A DNA stretch of 64,000 bases from Pirellulales bacterium (GTDB taxonomy: Bacteria > Planctomycetota > Planctomycetia > Pirellulales > JBBDJB01): contig JBBDJB010000052.1 in assembly GCA_040880125.1 (NCBI GenBank), forward strand, positions 188,281-252,280, read 5' to 3'. Position numbers and translations under genes: made by a program. The stretch's first letter is position 1, and every line of letters begins with the position of its first letter. The notes below the pieces were generated by a model, which saw only the letters and a program-made list of their open reading frames with translations, ran no database searches and had not been told where the DNA came from. Positions 9,976-19,871 of the stretch are shown in pieces.

Positions 9976-10980
9976 CTACTCCGCCATCGCCCCCGAGCGC
10001 CGGCGGGCTTCCTGCCGGCTGAGGCGATCGGCCCAATACAGCGGCTTGGGCAGTTTGTGGCCGTGCATCATCTCCTGCGTCAATTGAGCCGCCAAGTCGA
10101 CGCTCATGCGATGTCCGGGCGACGCGTAGATTGGCTTACGGCTCTTATCGGTTGGCCACAGCGCCGCCCCGGTTGCCTGGGCGCCCTCGCGGACGTAACA
10201 CCACTGGCCAGCCGGGAGCCGGTCCTCGTCCAGCCGGCCGCAAAGCAGCTTCTTCGTGACGCCGACGGTCGGCACGTCGGACGTGACGCCGAAACACGTG
10301 GCGATGCCCGCGTGTCGCTGATGCAAAATGCCGCTTCCGTCGACGAGGTAAGCATCCGCCGCGAAGCCTGACTCCGTTGCCTTCTCCCACAGCGCCCACA
10401 GCAGCGGCAGTTCGCGAAACGCCAGATACGTGGTCACGTAGGGGAATCGCACTTCGCCGGTTAGCGTCGTGGTCCAGATCACCTCGCGCGAGCCGCGGTC
10501 GAGAAGTACATAGGCCGCCACCGCGCGACGCGGATTGACATACGAGATGTCCAGGCCCGCCACCGTCTCGAGTCGATGGGTCGGCGGTTGCTGCGAGTAC
10601 TGCTCGACCATCGCCTGTTGAATCGACCGCAACTCGACCAGGGGGCGTTTCGAGCGAAAGGCCTCAAACCCGCTGCGTTCCAGATCGACCCGCCCGCCGG
10701 TAATTTGCACGCCCTCGGCGGCCAGGCGCGCGAGCTTGTCGTCCGAACTGCCAGCGATGTAAGCCGCACAACTGCCGTCCACCCGTACGACACGGTGACA
10801 CGGGCAGCCGGGCGTATGCCGATGGTGCAAGACCCAATGTCCGACCCAGCGGGCGGCGATCCGATCGCCCAGCGCGGCCGCCAACCGGCCGTGCGTGGTC
10901 GCCTTGCCCTCAGGCACCTGGCCGAGCAGCGCCACTAGCGCCGACTCCAGGTCCGGGATTTGCGAGGCGGTGAGGAACAT
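9976..10980 (-). CDS. Fusion protein: N-terminal MGMT-type DNA-binding/alkyl-acceptor domain (PCHRVV) plus C-terminal endonuclease V
   Basis: N-terminus GKATTHGRLAAALGD...PCHRVV matches the O6-alkylguanine transferase active-site region. C-terminus LDISYV, DGSGILHQRHAGIATCFGV and VGVTKKLLCG match EndoV (nfi) motifs. Confidence 0.8.
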   Translation of the reverse strand: MFLTASQIPDLESALVALLGQVPEGKATTHGRLAAALGDRIAARWVGHWVLHHRHTPGCPCHRVVRVDGSCAAYIAGSSDDKLARLAAEGVQITGGRVDLERSGFEAFRSKRPLVELRSIQQAMVEQYSQQPPTHRLETVAGLDISYVNPRRAVAAYVLLDRGSREVIWTTTLTGEVRFPYVTTYLAFRELPLLWALWEKATESGFAADAYLVDGSGILHQRHAGIATCFGVTSDVPTVGVTKKLLCGRLDEDRLPAGQWCYVREGAQATGAALWPTDKSRKPIYASPGHRMSVDLAAQLTQEMMHGHKLPKPLYWADRLSRQEARRRSGAMAE

Positions 10981-11092
10981 ATCAGTAATGCGGCCCTGGA
11001 CCGTTGGCGGGTTACCTATTGTATACTCTCATATCCGCTTGGCCGGTTCGGATGGGTTCAGCGGCATCGAGAGGTCGGCTGAAGACGATCAA

Positions 11093-11115
11093 CTGAATTC
11101 GTGCGAATTCAGCTA
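11093..11115. repeat. Family-B palindromic hairpin element (CTGAATTC-gtgc-GAATTCAG), upstream of the UDP-xylose synthase gene
   Basis: Perfect 8-bp stem with 4-nt loop. Confidence 0.7.
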
Positions 11116-11170
11116 GCGTCGGACAGGCATCGCGAGAACGTACCCCGTTTCGCACAAGGATCTTTCACAC

Positions 11171-12145
11171 GTGGCTCGAATCAAGCGGATTCTGGTGACC
11201 GGCGGTGCCGGCTTTCTCGGCTCGCACCTCTGCGAGCGGCTCGTCGAACAGGGGCACGACATTATCTGCCTCGACAATTTCTTCACCAGTCAGAAGAGCA
11301 ACGTGGTGCATCTGCTGCCGCTTCCGAACTTCGAGCTTATCCGGCACGACGTCACCCAGCCGATTTTCCTGGAAGTCGATGAAATCTACAACCTGGCCTG
11401 TCCGGCCGCTCCGGGCCACTATCAATACAACCCGATCAAGACGATCAAGACCTCGGTGCTCGGGGCGATCCACACGCTCGGTATCGCGAAGCGGTGTCAC
11501 GCAAAAATCCTTCAGGCCTCCACGAGCGAGATTTACGGCGATCCGGAAGTGCATCCCCAGCCGGAGTCGTACCGCGGAGCGGTCAACCCGATCGGCCCCC
11601 GCGCCTGCTACGACGAGGGAAAGCGGGTTGCAGAGACGCTGTTCATGGACTATCACCGTGCCAACGGTGTGAACATTCGCGTTGCTCGCATCTTCAACAC
11701 CTATGGGCCGCGGATGCACCCGTTCGACGGCCGCGCGGTGTCGAACTTCATCCGCCAGGCGATCGAGGGCAAGGAGATCACCGTCTTCGGCGACGGTGCG
11801 CAAACCCGCTCGTTCTGCTACCGCGACGACCTGGTGGAGGCGCTGATCCGACTGATGAACGCCCCGGACGAGGTCACCGGACCGATGAATCTCGGCAATC
11901 CCGGCGAATTCACGATCCTGGAATTGGCAAACGTTGTCCTGGAACTCGTGGGCAGTTCCGCAAAGCCGGTGTTCCGGCCGCTGCCGACCGACGACCCGAT
12001 TCGCCGCCAGCCGGACATCGCCCTGGCCCGGCGGCAGCTCGACTGGGAGCCGCAGGTCCCGTTGCGGGAAGGGCTGGAGCGAACCATCGAGTGGTTTCGC
12101 TCGATCAATGTCCAGCAGTACCGCCCGCCGACGCCGAACTTTTAA
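11171..12145 (+). CDS. UDP-glucuronate decarboxylase (UDP-xylose synthase), SDR family
   Basis: [18 protein letters not shown]...[19 protein letters not shown]...YDEGKR motifs characteristic of UXS. GTG start. Confidence 0.9.
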   Translation: MARIKRILVTGGAGFLGSHLCERLVEQGHDIICLDNFFTSQKSNVVHLLPLPNFELIRHDVTQPIFLEVDEIYNLACPAAPGHYQYNPIKTIKTSVLGAIHTLGIAKRCHAKILQASTSEIYGDPEVHPQPESYRGAVNPIGPRACYDEGKRVAETLFMDYHRANGVNIRVARIFNTYGPRMHPFDGRAVSNFIRQAIEGKEITVFGDGAQTRSFCYRDDLVEALIRLMNAPDEVTGPMNLGNPGEFTILELANVVLELVGSSAKPVFRPLPTDDPIRRQPDIALARRQLDWEPQVPLREGLERTIEWFRSINVQQYRPPTPNF

Positions 12146-12171
12146 GCTCGCAACTCGGCCGAAGCGGCACC

Positions 12172-12198
12172 GGTGGCACAGCCATTCCTGACTGTGCC
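12172..12198. repeat. Family-A palindromic hairpin element (one mismatch) 27 bp after the UXS stop
   Basis: ggtggcacagccattcctgactgtgcc. Confidence 0.7.
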
Positions 12199-12299
12199 TT
12201 TCCGTCCGTCCGCGCTGCCCGGTGGCTTCCCTTTTCGCTCTGGTTCATTTACTGTGAGATAGGCAGGCGAGCTGAACTTTCACCGAACGAGTCGACCCC

Positions 12300-12758
12300 G
12301 TGCACGAAGCCTTCATGCGACTGGCCTACCAGGAAGCGCAGGCGGCAATGGCTGAGGATGAAGTGCCGGTCGGCGCGGTCATCGTCCACGGAGCTCGGGT
12401 GATCGCCTCGGCGCACAACCAGCGTGAACAGCTTCGCGACCCGACCGCGCACGCGGAAATGATCGCCATTACGCAGGCAGCCGAGTCGCTCGGCAGTTGG
12501 CGGCTGGAGGACTGCACGCTGTACGTCACACTGGAACCCTGCCCGATGTGTGCGGGCGCGATCCTGCAGGCCCGCATCCCGACGGTCGTCTACGGTGCGC
12601 CGGATCCCAAGGCTGGGGCCGTGCATACGCTGTTTCAATTGTTGAGCGACCCGCGGTTGAACCATCAGCCGCAGTTGGTGGCCGGAGTGATGTTGCAGCC
12701 TTGCGGCGAGATTCTAACCGAGTACTTTCGCGGCAAGCGTCAACTGGGAAAGAAATAA
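12300..12758 (+). CDS. tadA: tRNA-specific adenosine deaminase
   Basis: HAEMIAI...[15 protein letters not shown]-fold zinc motif, 152 aa. Confidence 0.9.
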   Translation: MHEAFMRLAYQEAQAAMAEDEVPVGAVIVHGARVIASAHNQREQLRDPTAHAEMIAITQAAESLGSWRLEDCTLYVTLEPCPMCAGAILQARIPTVVYGAPDPKAGAVHTLFQLLSDPRLNHQPQLVAGVMLQPCGEILTEYFRGKRQLGKK

Positions 12759-12835
12759 CGCAGCTACCCTGCGCTGGAGTAGGACGCCGGCAGGGGTCTG
12801 CACTTGCAACGGTTTCAAACGCGAGGATTGGGAAG

Positions 12836-13711
12836 ATGGATACGAATCGCCCAGCGTCCGGCTCGGGTCGGATCTTGCACCGCAAGTCCTTGTCCTGCAT
12901 TGCCATGCTGACGGTTGCACTTTGCCTCGGCGTAACGTCGACGAGCGGGTGCCGCGGCGAAAATGCGCCGACCAAAGACGTCCCCGAACCGGCCAGTCCC
13001 AACGACGTGCCGGGCAGCCCTGGTGTGGAAAGCGAAGCGCAAGCCGCCGTTATCTCGCCCGCCGCCAGTCAGTCCGTGCCCGACGAGCAAGACAAGACAA
13101 GCAGCACGCAGCCGGAGAATCAAAATGCGGGGGCGAAACAAAATGAAGAAGGTACCCCGCTGTTCGACGGCAAGTCCCTCGAAGGCTGGAAGGTCTCGGA
13201 CTTCGCCGGCCACGGCGAGGTTCGCGTCGAAAACGGGCAATTGATTCTTCCCTGGGGGGAGGCGCTGACTGGAGTCACTTCAACACGTGAACTGCCCACC
13301 GAAGACTATGAAATTCACCTGGAGGCGATGCGCGTGGATGGCAGCGACTTTTTCTGTGGGCTTACGTTTCCCGTCGGAGACGATCCGGCGAGCCTGATCC
13401 TTGGCGGCTGGGGCGGCACGGTCGTCGGTGTTTCCAGCATCAACGGGAGTGATGCCAGCGAAAACGAGACGACCAAGTACATGAACTTCGACACCGGCAA
13501 CTGGTACGCAGTCCGCCTCCGCGTGACTGAGCCGCGGATCGAGGCCTGGATCGGCGAGGAAAAGGTTGTCGAACTGGAGCGAGCCGGGCGGGAATTCTCC
13601 ATCCGGCCGGAGGTCGAGCTCTCACGGCCGCTGGGCATCGCCTCCTGGCAGACCACCGCCGCGCTGCGGAACATCCGCCTCATCTCGTTGGCCGACGAAA
13701 TGAAACCGTGA
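12836..13711 (+). CDS. Lipoprotein with DUF1080 / 3-keto-disaccharide hydrolase-like (LamG-type) domain. The ORF 12497..13711 is trimmed to Met at 12836.
   Basis: Lipobox LTVALCLGVTSTSGC. FDGKSLEGWKV...NGQLIL...YEIHLEAMRVDGSDFFCGLTFPVGD typical of DUF1080. Confidence 0.7.
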   Translation: MDTNRPASGSGRILHRKSLSCIAMLTVALCLGVTSTSGCRGENAPTKDVPEPASPNDVPGSPGVESEAQAAVISPAASQSVPDEQDKTSSTQPENQNAGAKQNEEGTPLFDGKSLEGWKVSDFAGHGEVRVENGQLILPWGEALTGVTSTRELPTEDYEIHLEAMRVDGSDFFCGLTFPVGDDPASLILGGWGGTVVGVSSINGSDASENETTKYMNFDTGNWYAVRLRVTEPRIEAWIGEEKVVELERAGREFSIRPEVELSRPLGIASWQTTAALRNIRLISLADEMKP

Positions 13712-13771
13712 CCAATGCAGCCCGCGGCACCGTGCATTGCTACCGCGCCGCCGGCAGTCGAAGATAGAATC

Positions 13772-14809
13772 ATGTCGCAACCAGTCGCTACTCGCCGAAC
13801 GATCTCCATCCCGCGAGACGCGCATTACTCCCGCCAATACACGCCTGCCGCGCGTATCGTCGGGTGGTTCGCCATCGCCACCTTGCTCTTCACGACGGCC
13901 GTGGCACAGGCCTGGCAGCGAAGCGACAGCGAGCGGCCGAAGCGGGCGTTGCCGCCGAAGTGGAACGAGGACCTGATCGACGTCTTCTTTCCCGATGCAC
14001 GCGAGCAACTCGTCGGCGAACGGCCGGCCTCGCTGACGACGGGAGAGCTTGCAGAAGCGTCGGAAGACGCAGCGCCCGGCGCACGTACTCCGGCATCTTC
14101 CGCAGCCGCAGGCTCCGGCTGGTCGGGCTGGATCAGCGCAGCGGCTATCGAGGACGAAGTAAAGGCCAACCATCTGGCGTTGCGCGCCCTGGTGGAGTCG
14201 CCGGTTCAGTTCAAAGGGGGCGGTTACAAGCAGTGCCGGACGCGCTTCAGCGTGCTGGCCGTGATGCTGCAGGTCGCCGCTCGGTACGATGGCCAAGTCC
14301 GCTGGCAGGACCACGCCGCCGCGATGTCCGACCAGTTCGCCCGAGCGGGGTTCAACTGCAAAGTGGGAACCGATCCGACCTACCGCGAGGCGTCGCTTCG
14401 GGTGCAAGACCTGGAAATGCTCGTCCGCGGCGAGCGCGTGACGGCCCCGACGCCAGAGGGCGAGCGGCCTTGGCACCGCATTGCCGATCGCGCACCATTG
14501 ATGCGGCGCGTCGACGCCGCCTTTATGCAGCGGATACGGCCGCACATCTCCGGCGAGCCGGGCTTTCGCGCCAAGTCCGAGGAGATCCTGCACGAGGCGC
14601 AGATCCTGGCCCTGCTGGCCGAGATCATCCACCAGCCGGGCTACGAATACTCAGACGACGAGGACTTTCAGTCGTACGCTCGGATGATGCGTGACGCGGC
14701 CGTGGAGTTGACCGAGGCGACGCGCGGTCAGGACTTCGCCCAGGCCGCCGAAGCCGCGATCGGCATCGAGACCTCCTGCGTCGAGTGCCACGACCGCTTC
14801 CGCGGCTGA
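13772..14809 (+). CDS. Hypothetical membrane-anchored protein with C-terminal CxxCH heme-binding motif (cytochrome c'-like position)
   Basis: N-terminal TM IVGWFAIATLLFTTAVAQA. C-terminal ...GIETSCVECHDRFRG. Start chosen at internal Met 13772. Confidence 0.55.
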   Translation: MSQPVATRRTISIPRDAHYSRQYTPAARIVGWFAIATLLFTTAVAQAWQRSDSERPKRALPPKWNEDLIDVFFPDAREQLVGERPASLTTGELAEASEDAAPGARTPASSAAAGSGWSGWISAAAIEDEVKANHLALRALVESPVQFKGGGYKQCRTRFSVLAVMLQVAARYDGQVRWQDHAAAMSDQFARAGFNCKVGTDPTYREASLRVQDLEMLVRGERVTAPTPEGERPWHRIADRAPLMRRVDAAFMQRIRPHISGEPGFRAKSEEILHEAQILALLAEIIHQPGYEYSDDEDFQSYARMMRDAAVELTEATRGQDFAQAAEAAIGIETSCVECHDRFRG

Positions 14810-14862
14810 GCGTTCGCTGCGAGTGCCGGGTCGAACACGCTAGCAGGCCGCAGCGATGCGTG

Positions 14863-15855
14863 CTACGCCAGCCACCACGTCGCGAAGCCAAAGTAGTAGC
14901 ACAGCGTCGCGGTGTCGGCCAGCGCGAGCACGACCGGCCCGGAAGCGACCTTCGGGTCGCGCTGAAGCAGGCCTAAAATCCCCGGAATTAAGATCCCCAG
15001 TGCAGCGGCCGTCACGATGGAGAAGGCCATGCTGAGGAGGATCGACAATGCCACCGCTGGTATGCCCTGCCAAAACAAAGCCACGCCGCCAACCAAGCAA
15101 CCGCTCGCAATTCCGATCAGTGCCCCGATCGGCACCTCGCGGACCAGCGACCGGAAGAGTGAACTGAAGTTGACGCGGGTCCCATGTTGCATTTGCAAGC
15201 TTAAAGTCAGCGACTGAATGCTCATGCTTTCGGCCAGTGCAAGCACCACGGGAATAAACAATGCCAGCACCAGCACCTTGTCCAGCACGTCTTGAAACAG
15301 ACTTGTAATAAACGCGCACAGCAAGCCGCCTGCAATGTTGCATAACAGCCAGGGAAATCGTCGAGCGAACGCCGTGGGTAGATGGGCCTGCTGAACCTGG
15401 GCCAAACGTACGCCGATGAGTTGAAAAACATCCTCGCTCTCTTCGTACCGCGTTACATCGGAGATCTCGCTGGCATAAAGCTCGACGTCGATTACGCCGA
15501 TAATCCGTCGCTCCGAGTCCACGACCGGTAGGGCGAGCAGCCGGTGCATGATGAAAAACTCGCAGGCTTCCAGCACCGTGGCAGATTCCGGTAGGGCCAC
15601 CACCTTGTGCACCATTACGTCTTCAATCCGCGTATCGGGTGGGTTCAGTAGCAGTCGGCGCGTGGGTACCACGCCGATGAGCCGGTCCTCATCATCCACC
15701 ACGTAAAAATAGACGATGCGCTGAGCTTTCCCCTCGCGCTGGACCTGGGCCAGCGCCTCGCCGATTGTCTGATGGGCCGAGATTCGCACAAAGTCCGTGC
15801 GAATGTGTTCCAGAGCGCTCTGGTTGAGATGGTCGAGGGGCTGTACAGCGGTCAT
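14863..15855 (-). CDS. mgtE: Magnesium transporter MgtE (CBS pair + MgtE TM domain). The ORF is trimmed from 16203 to Met at 15855.
   Basis: CBS-domain pair followed by a 5-TM region ...GILIPGILGLL.... The upstream extension of the ORF is not protein-like. Confidence 0.82.
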   Translation of the reverse strand: MTAVQPLDHLNQSALEHIRTDFVRISAHQTIGEALAQVQREGKAQRIVYFYVVDDEDRLIGVVPTRRLLLNPPDTRIEDVMVHKVVALPESATVLEACEFFIMHRLLALPVVDSERRIIGVIDVELYASEISDVTRYEESEDVFQLIGVRLAQVQQAHLPTAFARRFPWLLCNIAGGLLCAFITSLFQDVLDKVLVLALFIPVVLALAESMSIQSLTLSLQMQHGTRVNFSSLFRSLVREVPIGALIGIASGCLVGGVALFWQGIPAVALSILLSMAFSIVTAAALGILIPGILGLLQRDPKVASGPVVLALADTATLCYYFGFATWWLA

Positions 15856-16078
15856 GCGGGCTCCTGTCCGCGAGTTTTTTCTTTGTGCTGGCCGGAATCT
15901 CCTTGGGAATGGTTCTAATCGTAGTTCCGCGATACCGCAATGGTCTCCAGTGAAACCGTTTATGGCGAGGGTCCAACCCCACCCTCCGGCGTCCACGTCG
16001 TCTGAACGTTCTCCGGCAACTTCACTCGCTCGGGCACCTCGCGTGACAACCAGCGCACTGCCGGCCCCGGATCTTTTT

Positions 16079-16834
16079 TCAAGACACCATCTCGCCTGGC
16101 TGAGACATGAAGCCTTCGACCACCTCGCGTCGCTCGGCCGCTTCGCCCTCGGGATACCAGCCCTTGTAGCGGAGCAGTTTCGCGCGTGGGTTGTTGCGGA
16201 CACGCTCGGCGTTGCCGGCGTTGCACTCGACGACGTGATCCCACATGTCCGCCTCGGTCAGCAACTGGATGATTCGGTCCTGCAAGCCCGGCTCCTTCAC
16301 GTCCAGGTGAAGCAGCATCGCCCGCTGCCGAGCCAGTTCCAACAGCGCCGCCAGCGTGGGCACGCGCGTCGACTCGCCCGAGCCCCGGACCGGCATGCCC
16401 AGCAGATCATAATAGGTCAGCGCGCGCTCGCTGCCCTGCCCCTTAAGCGTACGATCGACCGCGTCGTCGTGCATCAGATAGAGAATGCCGTCGGCAGTTG
16501 CGCGGATGTCGATCTCGCAGCCGTCGGCGCCGTGATCCATGGCGGCGGCGAACGCTTCCAGCGTGTTCTCCGGCGCGAAGTGGCTTGCGCCGCGGTGGAC
16601 CATAATGACGGTGCGGCTGCGTCGCTCCGCCACGCGTGCGTGCCGAGTTTGCCGCGCCTCCCCGGACTCCTCCGGTAGCTGGTTGATGTACCCCTGCCGC
16701 TGCGAAGCATCTTGGGCCGATGCACTTGCGCCGCTCGAGAGCACGGCGAGCACGACCAGGCCCAATCGAGCGGCGCGCGATCGCCGTACTCGTGAAAGTA
16801 CTTGCGCACCGGCGGCGTGCGAGTTTTCATCCAC
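16079..16834 (-). CDS. Secreted glycerophosphodiester phosphodiesterase (GDPD family)
   Basis: VIMVHRGASHFAPENTLEAFAAAMDHGADGCEIDIRATADGILYLMHDD. Signal peptide. Confidence 0.85.
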   Translation of the reverse strand: MDENSHAAGAQVLSRVRRSRAARLGLVVLAVLSSGASASAQDASQRQGYINQLPEESGEARQTRHARVAERRSRTVIMVHRGASHFAPENTLEAFAAAMDHGADGCEIDIRATADGILYLMHDDAVDRTLKGQGSERALTYYDLLGMPVRGSGESTRVPTLAALLELARQRAMLLHLDVKEPGLQDRIIQLLTEADMWDHVVECNAGNAERVRNNPRAKLLRYKGWYPEGEAAERREVVEGFMSQPGEMVS

Positions 16835-16871
16835 AGGGAGGTCGCCGTACGGAGGAACGGCCTGCCGGCCG

Positions 16872-17411
16872 CTAGTTGATCAGCAGCGGCCAGGCAGGGT
16901 CGGAGTCGCCCCCGCGGCGTTCCCACTCGCGGCGGACTTCGCCCAGGCCAAAGACGCACATTTCGAAGTCGTCGCTCAGGCGCTGCAGGACGGCCGGCCG
17001 CGGCGGCTCGGACTCGACCGCGATCGTGCTGGCGATGTAGTACGCCCGCTTGCCCTGGGTCTGGTAGTCCAGCAAGGCGTCCTTGCGGCCCAGCCGCCGC
17101 ATGCGCTCGAAGACCTCCGGATAGACGCCGCACCAGAAGAGCGTGAAGTCGCCGATGTGGCGATGAACTTTGCGCCGGGCCTCGCCTTGCCGAGCTTCCG
17201 CCTCCAGCAGCATGTCGGCTACTTGGTCGAGCCGCTTGCCCGTGGGGCCGCGGACGCTGAAGACGTCGTCGTTGCGAATGAAGCGGACGAGCAGTTCCGC
17301 CAGGTAGTCGACCAGCGGCGGGTCAACGACCCCCAGGCGGCAACCAAAGGCGTATTCCGTGAGCCCGGCGAAGAACCGCCGGACCGTATCCTGGCGCGGA
17401 TTCGGCTTCAT
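16872..17411 (-). CDS. Conserved hypothetical protein (about 180 aa). Start uncertain; the ORF extends to 17612.
   Basis: Protein-like C-terminal 180 aa (MKPNPRQDTVRRFFAGL...). No recognised domain. Confidence 0.45.
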   Translation of the reverse strand: MKPNPRQDTVRRFFAGLTEYAFGCRLGVVDPPLVDYLAELLVRFIRNDDVFSVRGPTGKRLDQVADMLLEAEARQGEARRKVHRHIGDFTLFWCGVYPEVFERMRRLGRKDALLDYQTQGKRAYYIASTIAVESEPPRPAVLQRLSDDFEMCVFGLGEVRREWERRGGDSDPAWPLLIN

Positions 17412-17621
17412 GGGCGTTCTGTTCCTCCTCGCTCCGCGACTTGCCCGAGGCGGCGGGTGCCGCAGCGGACGAGTTACTCGAGAAAAGGCCCAACTGCCGA
17501 CCGGCAGACAACTTACGGGCCTCTCCTCCATCGCACGATTGAGGGCGTAGAGCCGGCCGCACGCAGCAGGGCGCCGACTTACCTCATCTATTTTACCTTC
17601 GAATTTTCTCATGGGTCAAGG

Positions 17622-17845
17622 TTTGTCCATTTTTACGGAATGTCAGTGATCGTCGTAAGCTATATAATAGTAATATGTTACCGCATGATGTGTGCGGACC
17701 ATCTCCGCTGCGCGTGTCCAATTGGACGCGCTTTCCGGGGGGCCCCACGATTGTCCATTTGGACAGGGCTCCCGGCTGGCGCTGGCGCGCCGAGCCGATT
17801 TTTCACGCCCCGTTGGACAGCAACTTTTTCGCTGTCCATTTGGGG
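17622..17845. promoter_or_regulatory. Array of four TGTCCA-N(2-3)-TGGACA palindromic sites in an AT-rich intergenic region; candidate operator sites
   Basis: Sites at 17622, 17716 (GTCCAATTGGAC, perfect), 17752 (TGTCCATTTGGACA) and 17812/17831 (GGACAGC...GCTGTCC). A TATAAT-like tract lies at 17660. Confidence 0.4.
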
Positions 17846-18360
17846 CGGCTGGGGACGCTCAAGTCTCGCGCTCCCCCGACCGCAAATGAATTGACTGGTA
17901 GTCGCTAACAAAACAAATCGAATCTGTCGACGTAAACTACCGCCTCGGGCGCCCAGATTGATGCATTCACCCCAGAACCATCACGGATAAGAGCTGGTAA
18001 GCACAGAAGCGATCTCAAATATAATACACAAAACTGTGTTCATTGTCAAGCCTTGGCAAAGCGAGAGGCGGGTGTTGGCCACGGGTAGAGCCGCAACCAC
18101 TGGATCGACAGTCCAGTATTCTAATGGGGGCGATGGAGGTAAAGGGCAGCCAGACCGAGGGGCCTTCGCGGCAATCACGCCGAGCGGGCGATACGGGTTC
18201 CTCTACTCTGGTTCAGGGTTTGGTACAGGAGGCATTGCCCCCCACTCCCAGGCTTATCCCGGACCAGAGAAGAGGAACCGGTAGGCCCTTGTGGCCGGCG
18301 CCGTCGTGCCGTTGTGGTTTCCACTTCGGTCTACAGATCCATTGGACGGCACCGGTTGCG

Positions 18361-18831
18361 TCAGTGCGTAGCGTGGTCGTGGGCGGCGGAGGCGTGATCG
18401 TGGCCGGCCGTGTCCGGTTGCTCCTCAATCTCCCGCACGGAGAACCGTCGCAGCCGGTCGACCGCGTACAGCGACGTGCGATCGGTGTTGTTCCACCGGC
18501 GGGTGACGACGACGTATGACGGATAAAAGTCCACGCGCGTTGCCGGCATTTTCCCGCCGGCGGCCGTGTTCGGCTCCGTCTCGTACATGTAATCGATTTC
18601 CAGGTTGCCGGTGATCGTCGAGTAGGCGGGAGCGGCGGGCTGGTCCGGAATGGTACTCAAGTACGCGAGCAACGTGATCCCGAGGAGGCACGTCAGGGCG
18701 ACGCCCATCACGAAGCCGGTCACCAGCGGAACGCTAGGGGAGTTGGAAGCCTGCAAGTTCGATTCTGCGGACATCGTTACCTCATCGACTTCAGCAACCG
18801 CAGCCATGGATTCGCGGGCGCGCACTGACAT
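18361..18831 (-). CDS. Hypothetical single-pass membrane protein with His-rich C-terminal tail
   Basis: TM VTGFVMGVALTCLLGITLLAYL. C-terminus HDHASAAHDHATH. Confidence 0.5.
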   Translation of the reverse strand: MSVRARESMAAVAEVDEVTMSAESNLQASNSPSVPLVTGFVMGVALTCLLGITLLAYLSTIPDQPAAPAYSTITGNLEIDYMYETEPNTAAGGKMPATRVDFYPSYVVVTRRWNNTDRTSLYAVDRLRRFSVREIEEQPDTAGHDHASAAHDHATH

Positions 18832-18949
18832 TGGAACGTGCGACGTCTCGCTTGCCCGAGCGTTCCACTAACGGTGTGGTGCAAATGCGGCTTTCACGTT
18901 TAAAGCAATCCTACGTGGATGACGAGGTCAAGCCACTTGTGAAATTTCA

Positions 18950-19840
18950 CTACCTGGGTGGCTCGATTTGGTCAGCCTTCCCGATGTTACAATCTTTGCA
19001 GAGCGTTCGAAGATTCTCAAACTCAGTCACACCACCCTTTGACCAAGGGAGGATGTGATCGACGTGCAGGTTCACGTGTTGGTTGGTCGCAGGGCTACGG
19101 CCGCAAAGGACGCAGCGAAACCGATCGCGCACGAGAACTCGATATCGGAGTCCTAAAGGAGCGTCTCGCGGACCACTCCTCTCCCGGGAAGGCCGATCAT
19201 CAATAGCTGAAGCTGGGTTCGATTCGACATCATCTGACAAGGTAGTGCGATCGCCAGAGTTTGCGCGTTCGACAAACGCTTCTAATGCGCGGAGCCAACT
19301 GCCCCAGCGCAGGACGTACGCCTTAGATCCGACCTTCGACGGCGGCATATTCATCTCGTCATGCTTGGGAGGACGGCCTAGCTTTGTCCAAACGCTTAAC
19401 AGGTTCTCGTAGCATTCTTCGTCCGTGTAACGTATGCCGCGTTTCGTCTGTCTTAAGCCAGCAGCTACGAGCGCCTTCTTCCACGAGCCAAACTGAGCGA
19501 GAACGGCGTGACATTTGAACTTGCCGTGTATGTAAAAGTCAGTCTTGATCAGCTCTGATGTGTGAAGCTTAGCGGCAACACGGCGCAATTCCGAGACAAT
19601 TTCTTCAGCGCTGCGCGCGCGGTTGGATTGATTTACTAGGTGGTCCAAACCTGCCGCGTGGAGCGCATTTCGCCAACTTCCAAACCGCTTCCGAAGCGTC
19701 GAGGAATGGACGCGCGATAAAGAGTCAAACTGCTTTACAGAAAGCGACGTTGTTGAGACCAGACCTGCTACGCGCCTGACCTCAGCGAGAATATCTGCGT
19801 CGTCGTGCGATGTTAATCGGTTAAGCTCAAACTTCGACAT
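18950..19840 (-). CDS. HNH endonuclease with N-terminal homing-endonuclease-associated repeats (FGSWxxAL motif x3)
   Basis: C-terminal CVLCGR...HVDHILPWSKGG...ENLRTLCKDCN HNH motif. Repeats RKRFGSWRNALHAAGL, LAQFGSWKKALVAAGL and LRWGSWLRALEAF. Local GC is clearly lower than the surroundings. Confidence 0.8.
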   Translation of the reverse strand: MSKFELNRLTSHDDADILAEVRRVAGLVSTTSLSVKQFDSLSRVHSSTLRKRFGSWRNALHAAGLDHLVNQSNRARSAEEIVSELRRVAAKLHTSELIKTDFYIHGKFKCHAVLAQFGSWKKALVAAGLRQTKRGIRYTDEECYENLLSVWTKLGRPPKHDEMNMPPSKVGSKAYVLRWGSWLRALEAFVERANSGDRTTLSDDVESNPASAIDDRPSRERSGPRDAPLGLRYRVLVRDRFRCVLCGRSPATNQHVNLHVDHILPWSKGGVTEFENLRTLCKDCNIGKADQIEPPR

Positions 19841-19871
19841 GGCTTCGCGTTAATTCGGAACGATACGACCG

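Noticed and set aside
16539-17894. 451-aa plus-strand ORF
   Set aside because: Antisense to GDPD and the hypothetical gene. Arg/Ala-rich composition typical of GC-rich antisense frames.
19205-19225. GGGTTCGATTCGAC T-loop-like sequence
   Set aside because: Inside the HNH endonuclease CDS. No cloverleaf context.
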